Assembly: GCA_020631905.1 (NCBI GenBank)
Contig: JACKGQ010000001.1
Span: 293,854-357,853 of the forward strand
Length of the DNA stretch: 64,000 nt
Direction of reading: 5' to 3'
Source of the DNA: Candidatus Nomurabacteria bacterium
GTDB lineage: Bacteria; Patescibacteriota; Saccharimonadia; Saccharimonadales; VXPC01
Part shown: positions 18,350-27,629 of the stretch, piece by piece
How positions within the stretch are numbered: the first letter of the stretch is position 1
Layout: each line of letters starts with the position of its first letter
Notes under the pieces: model-generated
What the model was told of the DNA's origin: nothing
Databases searched by the model: none
What the model saw: only the letters and a program-made list of their open reading frames with translations
Made by a program: the position numbers and the translations under genes

Positions 18350-19138
18350 GTGATTATTGTATTACTTATTTTTGGCTTAGTTTTTGGTAGTTTTCTAACG
18401 GCGTTTGTTGACAGACTACATGATGGTCGGGATTGGATAAATGGTCGTTCGGAGTGTGACTCTTGCCATAAAGAGCTCAAGGCTCAGGATCTCGTGCCGG
18501 TCTTTAGCTGGTTAATTAACTTTGGTAGGTGTCGTCAGTGTCATAAGCACATATCGTGGCGGTACCCCTTGACCGAGTTGGCCGTGGCTGGATTATTTAC
18601 AGCATGCTATTTGTTATGGCCAGTTCCAATAGTAGGCTTTGAGATTGTTAAGTTTGTCTGGCTACTGATAACTATAGTCGGACTGACAGCTATAAGTATT
18701 TATGATTTACGCTGGATGATTATACCGAATACAATAATTTATCCATTGATAGTTCTGGCAGTTGGTGTGGTCGGATATGAGGCTATATTTCTTGACGGAG
18801 GCCCAGAGCTGGTGCGGTCTGCAGTATTAGGCTTACTTGGCTGTGGGGGCATACTCTACGGAATCTTTCAGGTATCAAAAGGCAAATGGATCGGTGGCGG
18901 AGATGTTAAACTGGGGTTTTTACTGGGTATTATGGCTCTAAGTTTTATGCGTGGCCTACTAGTAATCTTGCTTAGCTCATTTGTGGGGCTAGTTGCGATT
19001 GCACCAATGCTGTTCGCCCACAAGTTTAGTCTAAAAGCTAAAATTCCTTTTGGCCCCTTCTTGATCATTGCTGGGTTGATAGTCTATTTCTTTGGACAGC
19101 AGCTACTCGATTGGTATATGAATGTTCTGGTTGTGTAG
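18350..19138 (+). CDS. pilD: prepilin peptidase PilD (A24 family), GTG start
   Basis: N-terminal Cys pairs (CDSC...CRQC), multi-TM, GGGDVKL active-site motif. Confidence 0.9.
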   Translation: MIIVLLIFGLVFGSFLTAFVDRLHDGRDWINGRSECDSCHKELKAQDLVPVFSWLINFGRCRQCHKHISWRYPLTELAVAGLFTACYLLWPVPIVGFEIVKFVWLLITIVGLTAISIYDLRWMIIPNTIIYPLIVLAVGVVGYEAIFLDGGPELVRSAVLGLLGCGGILYGIFQVSKGKWIGGGDVKLGFLLGIMALSFMRGLLVILLSSFVGLVAIAPMLFAHKFSLKAKIPFGPFLIIAGLIVYFFGQQLLDWYMNVLVV

Positions 19139-19178
19139 AATGCTATCTTCGAGGTAGCGCTTATGCTAAGATATTAGC

Positions 19179-20045
19179 ATGAAAGTTAACAGGGGTGGCT
19201 TTACTATTCTAGAGTCGATGATCTTTTTAACTGTTTCTGCCGTGATGTTTGTTGGTGTTGCCACAATGTTTCGAGATACTCAGGGTTCAACCCAGTTTAG
19301 CCAAAGTGTGCGTGAATTCGAGACTAGCTTGAATGGAATTCTAAATGATGCCAACACAGGTGTTTTTCCAGACATAGAAAACAAGTCTTGCGCCTATGAT
19401 GCTTTTCGTAAGCCGTCGTTTTCGAATAACGTTGGTCAACAAACGGGTGACGGTAACGGCTGCGTATTGCTTGGTAAGGCGATTCAGATCGGTACTGATA
19501 CCAGTGACGATAGGTACTATGTCCATACATTAATTGGTGATAATCGGAATGCGTCGTCTGATCTGAATTATCTAGCCGATCAAGCGGGGTTTAACGCCCT
19601 GGCTGTATCAACACTGGCGGACTCGAGTTTCGACAGTGTTGAGGAGCTTAGTCTAAAGTGGGGCACAAAGATAAAATACACTTATTACAAACAGTCACCA
19701 TCACCTCAAGTGTTTGTCTGGGCTATAGGTGCTGTCTATACAAACTTTGGTGGAAGTAGCTCATCGAGCCGTTTTACAAATGGCCAATCACGCATAACCT
19801 TGGCGGCAATCACACCAAATGATGCCTCGGCCAATATTAAGACAAATGCTTTAGTGTCTGTCGCCGATTTTGAAAACTCGATCCGAAGTCTGGCTACTTC
19901 TGATTATGATGAGAATTTTGGCGACGTTATCTCTGTTTGCTTAGTTGGAGGCAATGGCGAACAAGCTGTGATTGACGTCGGGACAAGTGAAGGTGGATTA
20001 AGTGCGGTAGCGAAATTTGAAACGAGGCCAGAATGCAACGTTTAA
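19179..20045 (+). CDS. minor pilin-like protein (288 aa)
   Basis: Prepilin-type N-terminus NRGG|FTILESMIFL. Confidence 0.75.
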   Translation: MKVNRGGFTILESMIFLTVSAVMFVGVATMFRDTQGSTQFSQSVREFETSLNGILNDANTGVFPDIENKSCAYDAFRKPSFSNNVGQQTGDGNGCVLLGKAIQIGTDTSDDRYYVHTLIGDNRNASSDLNYLADQAGFNALAVSTLADSSFDSVEELSLKWGTKIKYTYYKQSPSPQVFVWAIGAVYTNFGGSSSSSRFTNGQSRITLAAITPNDASANIKTNALVSVADFENSIRSLATSDYDENFGDVISVCLVGGNGEQAVIDVGTSEGGLSAVAKFETRPECNV

Positions 20046-20533
20046 ATAACACCGGCGAAACAATTGTCGAAGTCCTGATTAGTATCGCTATGCTTTCAAT
20101 CTCAATTGTAGGCTCGATTGTTGTGGCGCGTGAAAGTATTCTTCTTGGCCAATCTGCCAACGAACGTACTCAGGCACTTAAAATAGTCGAAGCACAGATA
20201 GAGCGATTGAAGGCTAGAGCTCCACAAGATGCCGATAACCAAGGGGCGTCGGATAGTGTGTTTAACGACGGCAGTGAGTATTGCTTAGACGATAGCTTAC
20301 AGATGGTAAGCGCACCATTTCCAACAAATAGCGATGTCGACAGAATTAGCTGCTCGAATGACAAATTTCCGCCCAGCAACCTTCAGGTAAGCATAAAATA
20401 CCTAAAGGATGGACCAACAGTCAGTGATTTTGATGATGATTTATTCGTAGTTACTGCGGAGTGGGATAACGTAAGGGGGGGTCAGCGCGATAAAGTAGTT
20501 ATCGACTACAGGCTGCATCCAATTACACGATGA
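20033..20533 (+). CDS. minor pilin-like protein (166 aa)
   Basis: N-terminus NNTG|ETIVEVLISIAML with Glu at +5. Overlaps the neighbouring genes. Confidence 0.7.
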   Translation: MQRLNNTGETIVEVLISIAMLSISIVGSIVVARESILLGQSANERTQALKIVEAQIERLKARAPQDADNQGASDSVFNDGSEYCLDDSLQMVSAPFPTNSDVDRISCSNDKFPPSNLQVSIKYLKDGPTVSDFDDDLFVVTAEWDNVRGGQRDKVVIDYRLHPITR

Positions 20534-21174
20534 AACATTTAAGCCAAAAAGGTTTTACCATTTTAGAACTTATGATTGCCTCCAGTATATTCTCGGTGAT
20601 GTTGATTGTTTGCTTGGGCGCAATCGTGTACCTAGGCAAGCTTTATTACAAGGGTGTAACTATTAGCAACACAGCCGAGGTGACACGTGCGAGTATCGAT
20701 GAAATAACAGAAGCAATTCAGTATTCTGGTGATGCCTTCGAGGCGGCCCCAGCCGATCCGACACCAAGTGGCTGGACCGGTGCATACTGCATTGGAGTCA
20801 AGAAATACTCCTATAGAATTGGCTATCAACTAGTCATTGGAACGCCAGGCACAAATCAAGCCAACCAAGTGCTGACCGTTAGCAATGACCAGAGCTGTAT
20901 CGGCTATGAACCTTCTGGCGATCAGCAACGAGAATTATTAAAGGAAAATATGAGATTAACCGATTTTGCGATTACACCAGGACCTTCGGGCTTAACGAAC
21001 GTAGAGATCGGAGTTGCCTATGGTGGCGATCCAACTGATCAGAGCGTCGAAGATAATACATTTAATACCGAGGCCGATGGTACAATTATTTCATGCAAAG
21101 ACAGTTCAACTGGTTCGGCGTTTTGCGCAACCAATTTCCTGAAAACGTCTGCTTTACGAAAGGTGGGTCTATAA
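20530..21174 (+). CDS. minor pilin-like protein (214 aa)
   Basis: Prepilin-type N-terminus SQKG|FTILELMIASSIF. Confidence 0.75.
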   Translation: MKHLSQKGFTILELMIASSIFSVMLIVCLGAIVYLGKLYYKGVTISNTAEVTRASIDEITEAIQYSGDAFEAAPADPTPSGWTGAYCIGVKKYSYRIGYQLVIGTPGTNQANQVLTVSNDQSCIGYEPSGDQQRELLKENMRLTDFAITPGPSGLTNVEIGVAYGGDPTDQSVEDNTFNTEADGTIISCKDSSTGSAFCATNFLKTSALRKVGL

Positions 21175-22275
21175 ATGAAAAACCTGCATAAAAATCAGCA
21201 AGGACTAGTTTCGATCATAGTAAGTAGTGTGATCATCACGATTATGGCTCTGATAGTTATATCGTTTGCGCTCATTATGAAAAACGAACAACAGCAAGCG
21301 CTTGATAGGCAACTTAATAGTCAGGCTTTCTATGCTGCTGAAACAGCAGTTAATGATGTTAGGAAGGCGTTATTTAATGGTCAGATTACTGAAGATATCA
21401 GCACATGTGATGCGGGTAAGGCGGGTAGTCAACAGGTAACAGATACCCTAGTTAATTCCGATGCCGACGTGTCTTCTACTGAGATAGGTTGTGTGACGGT
21501 CGATGTTGCGCCTCAACAGTTAACCTTCGACTCTGTAAGTGTGAATCGCTCAAAGATTCTCGAGTTAAAACCAATCGACAGCGCCGGCAACTCGACCAAA
21601 ATCAGATCTCTAGTTATTTCTTTTGACGATCCAGACGGCTATCAGGAGTTTCAGTCGACGGCCGTATATCGTCCAGCCTCAGATCCGTATGGTACCGGTG
21701 CTGCAACCTGGGGCAATGGTCCGGGTATGTTAAGGGCAGAATTGATGGGTGTTCCCGATGTTGCCGCGACACCTCCTGCAGCAACCTTTAGTCGAGATGA
21801 GCTCAGAGCCTTAAACAAAGTAATATTCGTCAGTACGGTTAGGGATGATGCGAATGTACCTGTCAGTCGTAACTGGAATGGCATCAGTGGCGCAATTAAG
21901 ATACCCCAGGGTTGCGACACGACTTTGGCAGAGTTGCCCAGGGTCTGCGGATTTAGACTTAACAATATTGATACCAGCCTGGATAAGTTATACATTCGCC
22001 TGATGTCGATCTATAAACCGGTTTCAGTTACTATTCAAGGTTATGACAGCTTAGGAAATCCTGTAAGTTTTGCTGATGCACAAGTAGTAGTGGATGCTAT
22101 AGGTCGTTCGACAGATGTTGTCTATAGGACCCGTGAAGTAATCGCCCTTAGTGCTGACTATAACTATCCTGATTTTGGGGTTGTTGCTGGCGATTTATGC
22201 AAAGTTTTGATAACTGATCCCTCCAGCACCACAACCGCATCTGTTGGCGCAGCTGTACCTGCTTGTGAACTATAG
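21175..22275 (+). CDS. PilX-like pilus protein (366 aa)
   Basis: N-terminal QQG|LVSIIVSSVIITIMALIV hydrophobic segment without Glu5. Last gene of the minor-pilin block. Confidence 0.6.
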   Translation: MKNLHKNQQGLVSIIVSSVIITIMALIVISFALIMKNEQQQALDRQLNSQAFYAAETAVNDVRKALFNGQITEDISTCDAGKAGSQQVTDTLVNSDADVSSTEIGCVTVDVAPQQLTFDSVSVNRSKILELKPIDSAGNSTKIRSLVISFDDPDGYQEFQSTAVYRPASDPYGTGAATWGNGPGMLRAELMGVPDVAATPPAATFSRDELRALNKVIFVSTVRDDANVPVSRNWNGISGAIKIPQGCDTTLAELPRVCGFRLNNIDTSLDKLYIRLMSIYKPVSVTIQGYDSLGNPVSFADAQVVVDAIGRSTDVVYRTREVIALSADYNYPDFGVVAGDLCKVLITDPSSTTTASVGAAVPACEL

Positions 22276-23184
22276 CTGTCTTTTGTGATACTGCTGGTGA
22301 ACTTTTTTTAACTGCGGGTCAGTAACGTGGGTATAGATTTGGGTGGTACTTATATCGCTGTGACCTAGCATGGCTTGGACACTTCTAAGGTCGGCACCAT
22401 TCTGAAGCAGATTCGTTGCAAAGCTATGACGTAATGAGTGTGGAGATACCTTCTTGGTGATACCGGCTAACAGGGCGTATCTAGCTACCATGCGCTGGAT
22501 ACTTCGGGCAGTAAGTCTTAAGTAGTCGCCACTTGTATCGGCGTGCTTGGAGCCACCTATGCGGATAAATAGTGGCGAGGTATTGTCCTGGCGTAAGTTT
22601 AAGTAATCTGAAATACAGTCGGCTGCTTGCTGGCTGATAAATATAGGCCGGTCTTTCTGGCCTTTACCTCTTACCATAAATTCGAGTCGTTTTAAATTTA
22701 TGTCGCCTCTGTTTAGGCCGACTAGTTCGGATACACGTAAGCCACTACAAAACAACAATTCTAGGATAGCTTTGTCTCGCAAGCCGTCTAATTTATCAGT
22801 TTTTGGTGCCGATAAAAGTCTGTCAATTTCTTCGGAGTTAAGAAAAGTGACTTGTTTACGAGGACTTTTTGCGAGCTCTATCTTATCTGGGGGCATGCAG
22901 GCAATTTCACGTTTACTCATATATTTTAAGAAGTTTCGCAGAGCGATTAAGTGATAGTTCTGAGTATTTTTGGCTAATTCGTCTCCTCGATCTGAGCCAA
23001 GTCGGTTTAACCAGAGTCGCCATCTACGTACTAGTTCTTGATCGATATCTTTTACCGCAATATCTCCGGCAAAGTCGTTGAGCCTAGTCAAATAGTGGTC
23101 ATAGTTGGCAATAGTCTTCTGCGATCGGTTTTGCTCGATCTCCAGATACTCCAGATAGTCTATTTTTGCTTTAGAGAATAGCAT
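22270..23184 (-). CDS. tyrosine recombinase, XerC/XerD family
   Basis: N-terminal SAM-like core-binding domain. C-terminal HSLRHSFATNLLQNGADLRSVQAMLGHSDISTTQIYTHV (R..HxxR..Y catalytic set). Confidence 0.9.
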   Translation of the reverse strand: MLFSKAKIDYLEYLEIEQNRSQKTIANYDHYLTRLNDFAGDIAVKDIDQELVRRWRLWLNRLGSDRGDELAKNTQNYHLIALRNFLKYMSKREIACMPPDKIELAKSPRKQVTFLNSEEIDRLLSAPKTDKLDGLRDKAILELLFCSGLRVSELVGLNRGDINLKRLEFMVRGKGQKDRPIFISQQAADCISDYLNLRQDNTSPLFIRIGGSKHADTSGDYLRLTARSIQRMVARYALLAGITKKVSPHSLRHSFATNLLQNGADLRSVQAMLGHSDISTTQIYTHVTDPQLKKVHQQYHKRQL

Positions 23185-23264
23185 GCCACCATAATAACCA
23201 TAAACAACAGAGGTAGCAAGTGAATAAAATATTTGCTCAATATATATGCTATAATTTATGAGGC

Positions 23265-24050
23265 ATGAGTATATATGTAGCTATCATTTTGGGGATCGTA
23301 CAGGGTATCACTGAGTTTATCCCGATTTCTAGCTCTGGACACTTGGCAATTATCGGTAGTTTCTTTGATTTAGGTAATCATTTTACATTTGACGTCTTGC
23401 TAAACCTGGGTACTTTAACTGCCTTAGTTTGGTACACTCGACTCCAACTTCTGAGCTTAGTCCGAGATTTTCTGCGTGGTAAATATTCGATTGTTATAAA
23501 GTTGATTATAGCCACCATACCTGCTGTTTTGGCAGGTTTTTTGTTTTCTGATTTTTTCGAAAACCTAAATACTAATATTTGGATTGTTGTTACTATGCTT
23601 CTAGTTATCGGCATATTAATGATTACCGTCAAACAAAAAACTTCTGCCTTAAAAAGTTTAAATGACATTAGTCTTAAGACAGCCCTGATAATTGGATTAG
23701 CACAAACACTGGCTTTAATACCGGGTACTTCTAGGTCTGGAGTGACGATATTGGCGGGTTTGTTTATCGGGCTAGGAAGTGGATTGGCTGCCGAATGGAG
23801 TTTCTTGATGGCTGTGCCGATTGTGGCTGGTGCGAGTTTGAAAACGTTGGCTAGTATAGATGGCGTGCAGTTTGTAGCCGATAATTTTTGGCAAGTATTA
23901 GTCGGGAATGTTGCTTCATTTGTAGTTGGTCTTCTAGCAATTGACTATATGATGAAGCTTCTAAAGCATCAAAATTTACGAACATTCGGTCTTTATAGAC
24001 TTTGTCTAGGTGCTATACTGGTTTGTCTATTAATATTTGGAAAAATATAA
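23265..24050 (+). CDS. uppP: undecaprenyl-diphosphate phosphatase
   Basis: GITEFIPISSSGHL and PGTSRSG motifs. 8-TM BacA family. Confidence 0.95.
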   Translation: MSIYVAIILGIVQGITEFIPISSSGHLAIIGSFFDLGNHFTFDVLLNLGTLTALVWYTRLQLLSLVRDFLRGKYSIVIKLIIATIPAVLAGFLFSDFFENLNTNIWIVVTMLLVIGILMITVKQKTSALKSLNDISLKTALIIGLAQTLALIPGTSRSGVTILAGLFIGLGSGLAAEWSFLMAVPIVAGASLKTLASIDGVQFVADNFWQVLVGNVASFVVGLLAIDYMMKLLKHQNLRTFGLYRLCLGAILVCLLIFGKI

Positions 24051-24070
24051 ATACGAAAGTAGAGAACAAT

Positions 24071-24655
24071 ATGGTTGAAAGAACTTTAATATTAATTAAG
24101 CCAGACGCTGTTGCAAGAGGAATCATCGGCGAGATAATTACTCGGTTCGAGAAAGTTGGCTTAAAAATAATCGCTGCCAAAATGCTTGTCGCTGATGAAG
24201 ATACCTTGAGCAAACACTATCCTGTCGAGCGTAAAGAGTTTATTGCTGGTCTGGGCCAAAAGACTCTAGATAATAACCTCGAGCTAGGTGTAGACACAAA
24301 AGAGGTGTTTGGCACGACTGATGCATATAAGTTAGGCCTAGAAATCCAGAGATGGAATGCTGCCTATATGCAGAGCGGGCCTCTGTTTGCAATGGTGCTT
24401 GAAGGTCCTCATGCAATTGAAACTGTGCGCAAGATAAGAGGTTTCACGCTCCCATCCAAAGCTCAGCCGGGTACAATTACTGGAGACTACTCATTCGACT
24501 CTTCGAGCTTAGCTAACGCAAGTAAGCGACCAATCAGGAATTTAGTGCATGCTTCCGGTAATTCTGAAGAAGCTGAATTTGAGGTAGGTCTATGGTTTAC
24601 TCCAGCCGAACTACATGATTACCAGACTATTCACCAGAAATTTATGATGGAATAG
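24071..24655 (+). CDS. ndk: nucleoside-diphosphate kinase (long form with insertion)
   Basis: ERTLILIKPDAV start and catalytic NLVHASGN. The ORF-track start at 24002 overlaps uppP, so ATG 24071 was chosen. Confidence 0.88.
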   Translation: MVERTLILIKPDAVARGIIGEIITRFEKVGLKIIAAKMLVADEDTLSKHYPVERKEFIAGLGQKTLDNNLELGVDTKEVFGTTDAYKLGLEIQRWNAAYMQSGPLFAMVLEGPHAIETVRKIRGFTLPSKAQPGTITGDYSFDSSSLANASKRPIRNLVHASGNSEEAEFEVGLWFTPAELHDYQTIHQKFMME

Positions 24656-24663
24656 TAAGATTG

Positions 24664-24738
24664 TGGTGTCCCCGCCGGGAATCGAACCTGGAGCTACTCT
24701 TTAGGAGAGAGTCGTTTTATCCGTTAAACTACGGGGAC
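24664..24738 (-). tRNA. tRNA-Arg (CCU)
   Basis: Cloverleaf folded by hand. Anticodon loop CUCCUAA, GTTCGATT T-loop, encoded CCA. One A:C mismatch in the T-stem. Confidence 0.8.
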
Positions 24739-24802
24739 AACGAGGCTATTCTAACAGATAGGTAAGGGTGTGTCTTTATTGGTTTTAGGGTAGAATATGC
24801 CT

Positions 24803-25321
24803 ATGGCAAAATCAAAATCGACAAAATCATTCGAAGAGCAGTACGATGACGAAGAAATGCTACTTCTGTTTCGGAAACACCCTGTAGTTATGCGCAAACA
24901 TCTTATCGTTGCCTCTTTTGTCATATTGGCAGGCACGATACCTTCGTTTATCAAACCAGAACCAAAATACTTTTTTTGGGGAGTAGGTGTTGGGTTTGCA
25001 ATGTCGTTTGTTGTGATGTTTTTTGCTTGGGTGAGCTGGCACTACAGCGTGTTTATCGTCACCAGTAAAAGATTCATCCAAATTACCCAAGCGGGTTTAT
25101 TTGATCGTGCGGTTGTTGATATTGCTCTCGACCAGATTCAAATGGTCAACTATCATATACGTGGGCTTCAGGAAACCTTACTTGGATTCGGTACACTCAA
25201 CATTCAGACCATGGTGGGTGAGCTGACAATTCACGAGGTACATAAACCCGCAAAAGTGCAACGGGAGTTGAGCCTGATAATCCGCGAACATGTACATGGG
25301 GAAATCAATGCGAAAGAATAA
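24803..25321 (+). CDS. bacterial PH-domain (YdbT/DUF304-like) membrane protein
   Basis: DEEMLLLFRKHPVV followed by two TM helices, then a PH-like domain. TAGAAT box at 24791-24796 favours ATG 24803 over 24797. Confidence 0.7.
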   Translation: MAKSKSTKSFEEQYDDEEMLLLFRKHPVVMRKHLIVASFVILAGTIPSFIKPEPKYFFWGVGVGFAMSFVVMFFAWVSWHYSVFIVTSKRFIQITQAGLFDRAVVDIALDQIQMVNYHIRGLQETLLGFGTLNIQTMVGELTIHEVHKPAKVQRELSLIIREHVHGEINAKE

Positions 25322-26414
25322 AATTAATCAAGACAAAGCTATGATCCAAAAGGGTAAACGCCGGTTCATACGACCGCGCTTAACAAAGAAGGCCAAGATG
25401 CCCGACGACCCGAGTGTGATCGAAACCGACGTGCCTCGGATCACTAATGAGACTGTCGAGCAGCACCGTAAAGAAGTTATAAAAGGTGGCAAAAAGTACC
25501 GATACCCATTAATTCACACCCCGAAACGGATTATTGGCTTATCTATGCTGGTCGGTCTAGTAATTGTTCTGATGTTCTCGACTTTTACCGTTTATCGACT
25601 TTATCGTTCAAATGTTTACTCTGATTTTTATTACAATGTAACCAAAATTGTCCCGATGCCGATTGCTCGAGTAGGTGGTTCGTTTGTTTACTACGATGAT
25701 TATTTATTCGAACTGCGCCGTTATGTTCACTATTTCGAGTCGCAGCAAAACGTCGACTTTAGTAGCGAAGCAGGTCAAGCTAGTTTGCGGGAACAACAAA
25801 AGAGATCAATCGACAAAGTTATTGAAGATGTCTACATTGCTAAATTGGCCAGACAAAAAAATATAAGTGTTAGCAACGACGAGGTTGACGCAGAAATTGC
25901 TTTGTTGCGCGAGCAGAACAAGCTTGGTAGCGATGAAGAAGCTTTCGAAGAGGTGTTGCTGGACTTTTGGGGTTGGACAATCAACGATTACCGCCAGTAT
26001 GTACGTAAAGAATTACTCAAGCAAAAAGTTACCGAGGCCTATGATGATCAAGCTTGGACCAGAGCTCGAGAAGTTGAGCAGAAACTCGAAGCTGGGGCAG
26101 ATTTTGCCGATCTAGCCGCCGAGTATTCCGATGATTTAGCCTCTGCAGCAAATGGTGGCGAATATGGATTCGACCTAAACCTAGAAGAAAATAATGAAGA
26201 TCCTCAGGTATTGGAGGCAGTTTTTGGTCTAAAAAAAGGCCAAGTTTCAGAGGTAATTAACACTGGCTATAGGCTGGAAATAGTTAAAGTGCTCGATGTC
26301 CAGGAAGATCGGCGCACGGCGGCTCATATAAGTATTTTCTTTACAGACATAAGTGATCGGATCAACGACCTTAAAGAAGAGCAACCGGCAAAGATATATA
26401 TAAGTTTGGACTAG
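25290..26414 (+). CDS. membrane-anchored SurA/PrsA-like peptidyl-prolyl isomerase (start uncertain: 25290/25308/25341)
   Basis: N-terminal TM, SurA-N-like helical region, and parvulin motif ADFADLAAEYSDDLASAANGGEYGF. Confidence 0.7.
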   Translation: MYMGKSMRKNKINQDKAMIQKGKRRFIRPRLTKKAKMPDDPSVIETDVPRITNETVEQHRKEVIKGGKKYRYPLIHTPKRIIGLSMLVGLVIVLMFSTFTVYRLYRSNVYSDFYYNVTKIVPMPIARVGGSFVYYDDYLFELRRYVHYFESQQNVDFSSEAGQASLREQQKRSIDKVIEDVYIAKLARQKNISVSNDEVDAEIALLREQNKLGSDEEAFEEVLLDFWGWTINDYRQYVRKELLKQKVTEAYDDQAWTRAREVEQKLEAGADFADLAAEYSDDLASAANGGEYGFDLNLEENNEDPQVLEAVFGLKKGQVSEVINTGYRLEIVKVLDVQEDRRTAAHISIFFTDISDRINDLKEEQPAKIYISLD

Positions 26415-26437
26415 TTATTTGGTAAACTAGCTTTTGC

Positions 26438-26513
26438 GCCACCTTAGCTCAGTTGGTAGAGCGGCTCATTCGTAACGAGCAGGTCGCCGGTTCAATCCCG
26501 GCAGGTGGCTCCA
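26438..26513 (+). tRNA. tRNA-Thr (CGU)
   Basis: Cloverleaf with anticodon loop UUCGUAA, discriminator U, encoded CCA. Confidence 0.88.
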
Positions 26514-26519
26514 GTTATC

Positions 26520-26594
26520 GCGGGTGTAGTATAACGGCTATTATGTGGCCTTCCCAAGGCTAAGACGCGGGTTCGACTCCCGCCACCCGCACCA
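26520..26594 (+). tRNA. tRNA-Gly (CCC)
   Basis: Cloverleaf with anticodon loop UUCCCAA, GTTCGACT T-loop, encoded CCA. Confidence 0.88.
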
Positions 26595-26618
26595 TCTAGC
26601 AAATTCTGAAAGTTCTTA

Positions 26619-26708
26619 TGGCGGAGAGAGAGGGATTCGAACCCTCGGTACCGTTGCCGGCACACTGCTTTTCGAGAGCAGCACCTTCAACCACTCGGTC
26701 ATCTCTCC
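26619..26708 (-). tRNA. tRNA-Ser (CGA), class II with long variable arm
   Basis: GGAGAGA acceptor, anticodon loop CUCGAAA, long extra arm, GTTCGAAT T-loop, encoded CCA. Confidence 0.9.
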
Positions 26709-26750
26709 TCGAACGCAATAATTTTAACTATCTATCGTCGTTAGTACAAC

Positions 26751-26779
26751 TTGACTAAAGCTTTACAATGTAGTATAAT
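26751..26779 (+). promoter_or_regulatory. near-consensus promoter, leaderless configuration
   Basis: TTGACT (26751-26756), 17-nt spacer, TATAAT (26774-26779). ATG at 26787 lies 7 nt downstream. Confidence 0.7.
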
Positions 26780-26786
26780 AACTACG

Positions 26787-27359
26787 ATGAAGAGGTTTTT
26801 TGGAAGCATTTTGGCGTCGCTTGTATTAACTTACAGTATTTTTGCTGCTAACTGGTTGGTTAACTATAACCAGGGGATCACCGTCGTAGCATCTGTTCAA
26901 GATACTTCTATACAGACGACCAAGCCAATTAGTGAAATTCGTGAAGCAACACTAAACAACTCTCCAGAGGACAAACTATTTAAGCAGGTTAATCAGTATC
27001 GTGCAGAACACGGCCTCAAGCCCTTAGTAAAAGATAGTCGTCTGTGCGCCTCGGCCCAAGCTAAGGCTAAAGATATGCGCCAAACAGACTACTTCGGTCA
27101 CCAGTCTCCGGATGGTACAAATTTTAGTGAATTTATTGATCGGCAATTGAGTTACCAAAGTTCGGCAGAAAACCTAGCCCTGATTAATGGTGAAATAGAT
27201 CAAAGTCTCGGTATGTGGCAATCGAGCCCTAGCCACAATGCAACTATGTTAGGAGATTACGACGTAGCTTGTATAGCAGTTATCGAACTAGCGCCTACTA
27301 CCTACGGCGATCTAACCGTTACACCGGTTGCAGTAGTTGAACACTTTGTGAAATTCTAA
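26787..27359 (+). CDS. secreted CAP/SCP (PR-1-like, YkwD-type) domain protein
   Basis: Signal/anchor MKRFFGSILASLVL. YFGHQSPDG and SPSHNATML motifs of the CAP superfamily. Confidence 0.8.
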   Translation: MKRFFGSILASLVLTYSIFAANWLVNYNQGITVVASVQDTSIQTTKPISEIREATLNNSPEDKLFKQVNQYRAEHGLKPLVKDSRLCASAQAKAKDMRQTDYFGHQSPDGTNFSEFIDRQLSYQSSAENLALINGEIDQSLGMWQSSPSHNATMLGDYDVACIAVIELAPTTYGDLTVTPVAVVEHFVKF

Positions 27360-27370
27360 GAAACAAAATA

Positions 27371-27395
27371 CCCCACGTAAAGTGGGGAACTTTTT
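27371..27395 (+). terminator. intrinsic terminator
   Basis: CCCCAC / GTGGGG stem followed by AACTTTTT. Confidence 0.7.
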
Positions 27396-27396
27396 A

Positions 27397-27472
27397 TGGC
27401 GGACCCGACCGGATTTGAACCGGCGATCTCCTCCGTGACAGGGAGGCATGTTGACCACTACACCACGGGTCC
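27397..27472 (-). tRNA. tRNA-Asp (GUC)
   Basis: GGACCCG acceptor, anticodon loop CUGUCAC, GTTCAAAT T-loop, encoded CCA. Confidence 0.9.
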
Positions 27473-27629
27473 AGATTAACCCTGGTCACAAAAACGTGAA
27501 AGGGTTAACTATCATAATATAAGGTACGATTAGTATTCACTAATGCCGACAGATAATATCAGACTCTATCTGACTGTTCAACAGTTTCAATATGTGGTCT
27601 GTGTCGTAATTCTGCTATAATCGGTGTCG

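Noticed and set aside
22270-23184. Tyrosine recombinase as the integrase of a prophage or genomic island.
   Set aside because: It has a full XerC/D-type architecture and is flanked by housekeeping genes (pilus operon, uppP). There is no adjacent tRNA, direct repeat or phage/plasmid gene. It is most likely the chromosomal dimer-resolution recombinase.
24002-24070. N-terminal extension of ndk (ORF-track start 24002), and similar long starts at 34553, 37462, 41946 and 57342.
   Set aside because: The extensions overlap the upstream gene or a terminator hairpin and add non-homologous residues. Internal ATGs coincide with the family N-termini and with -10 boxes or coupling signals.
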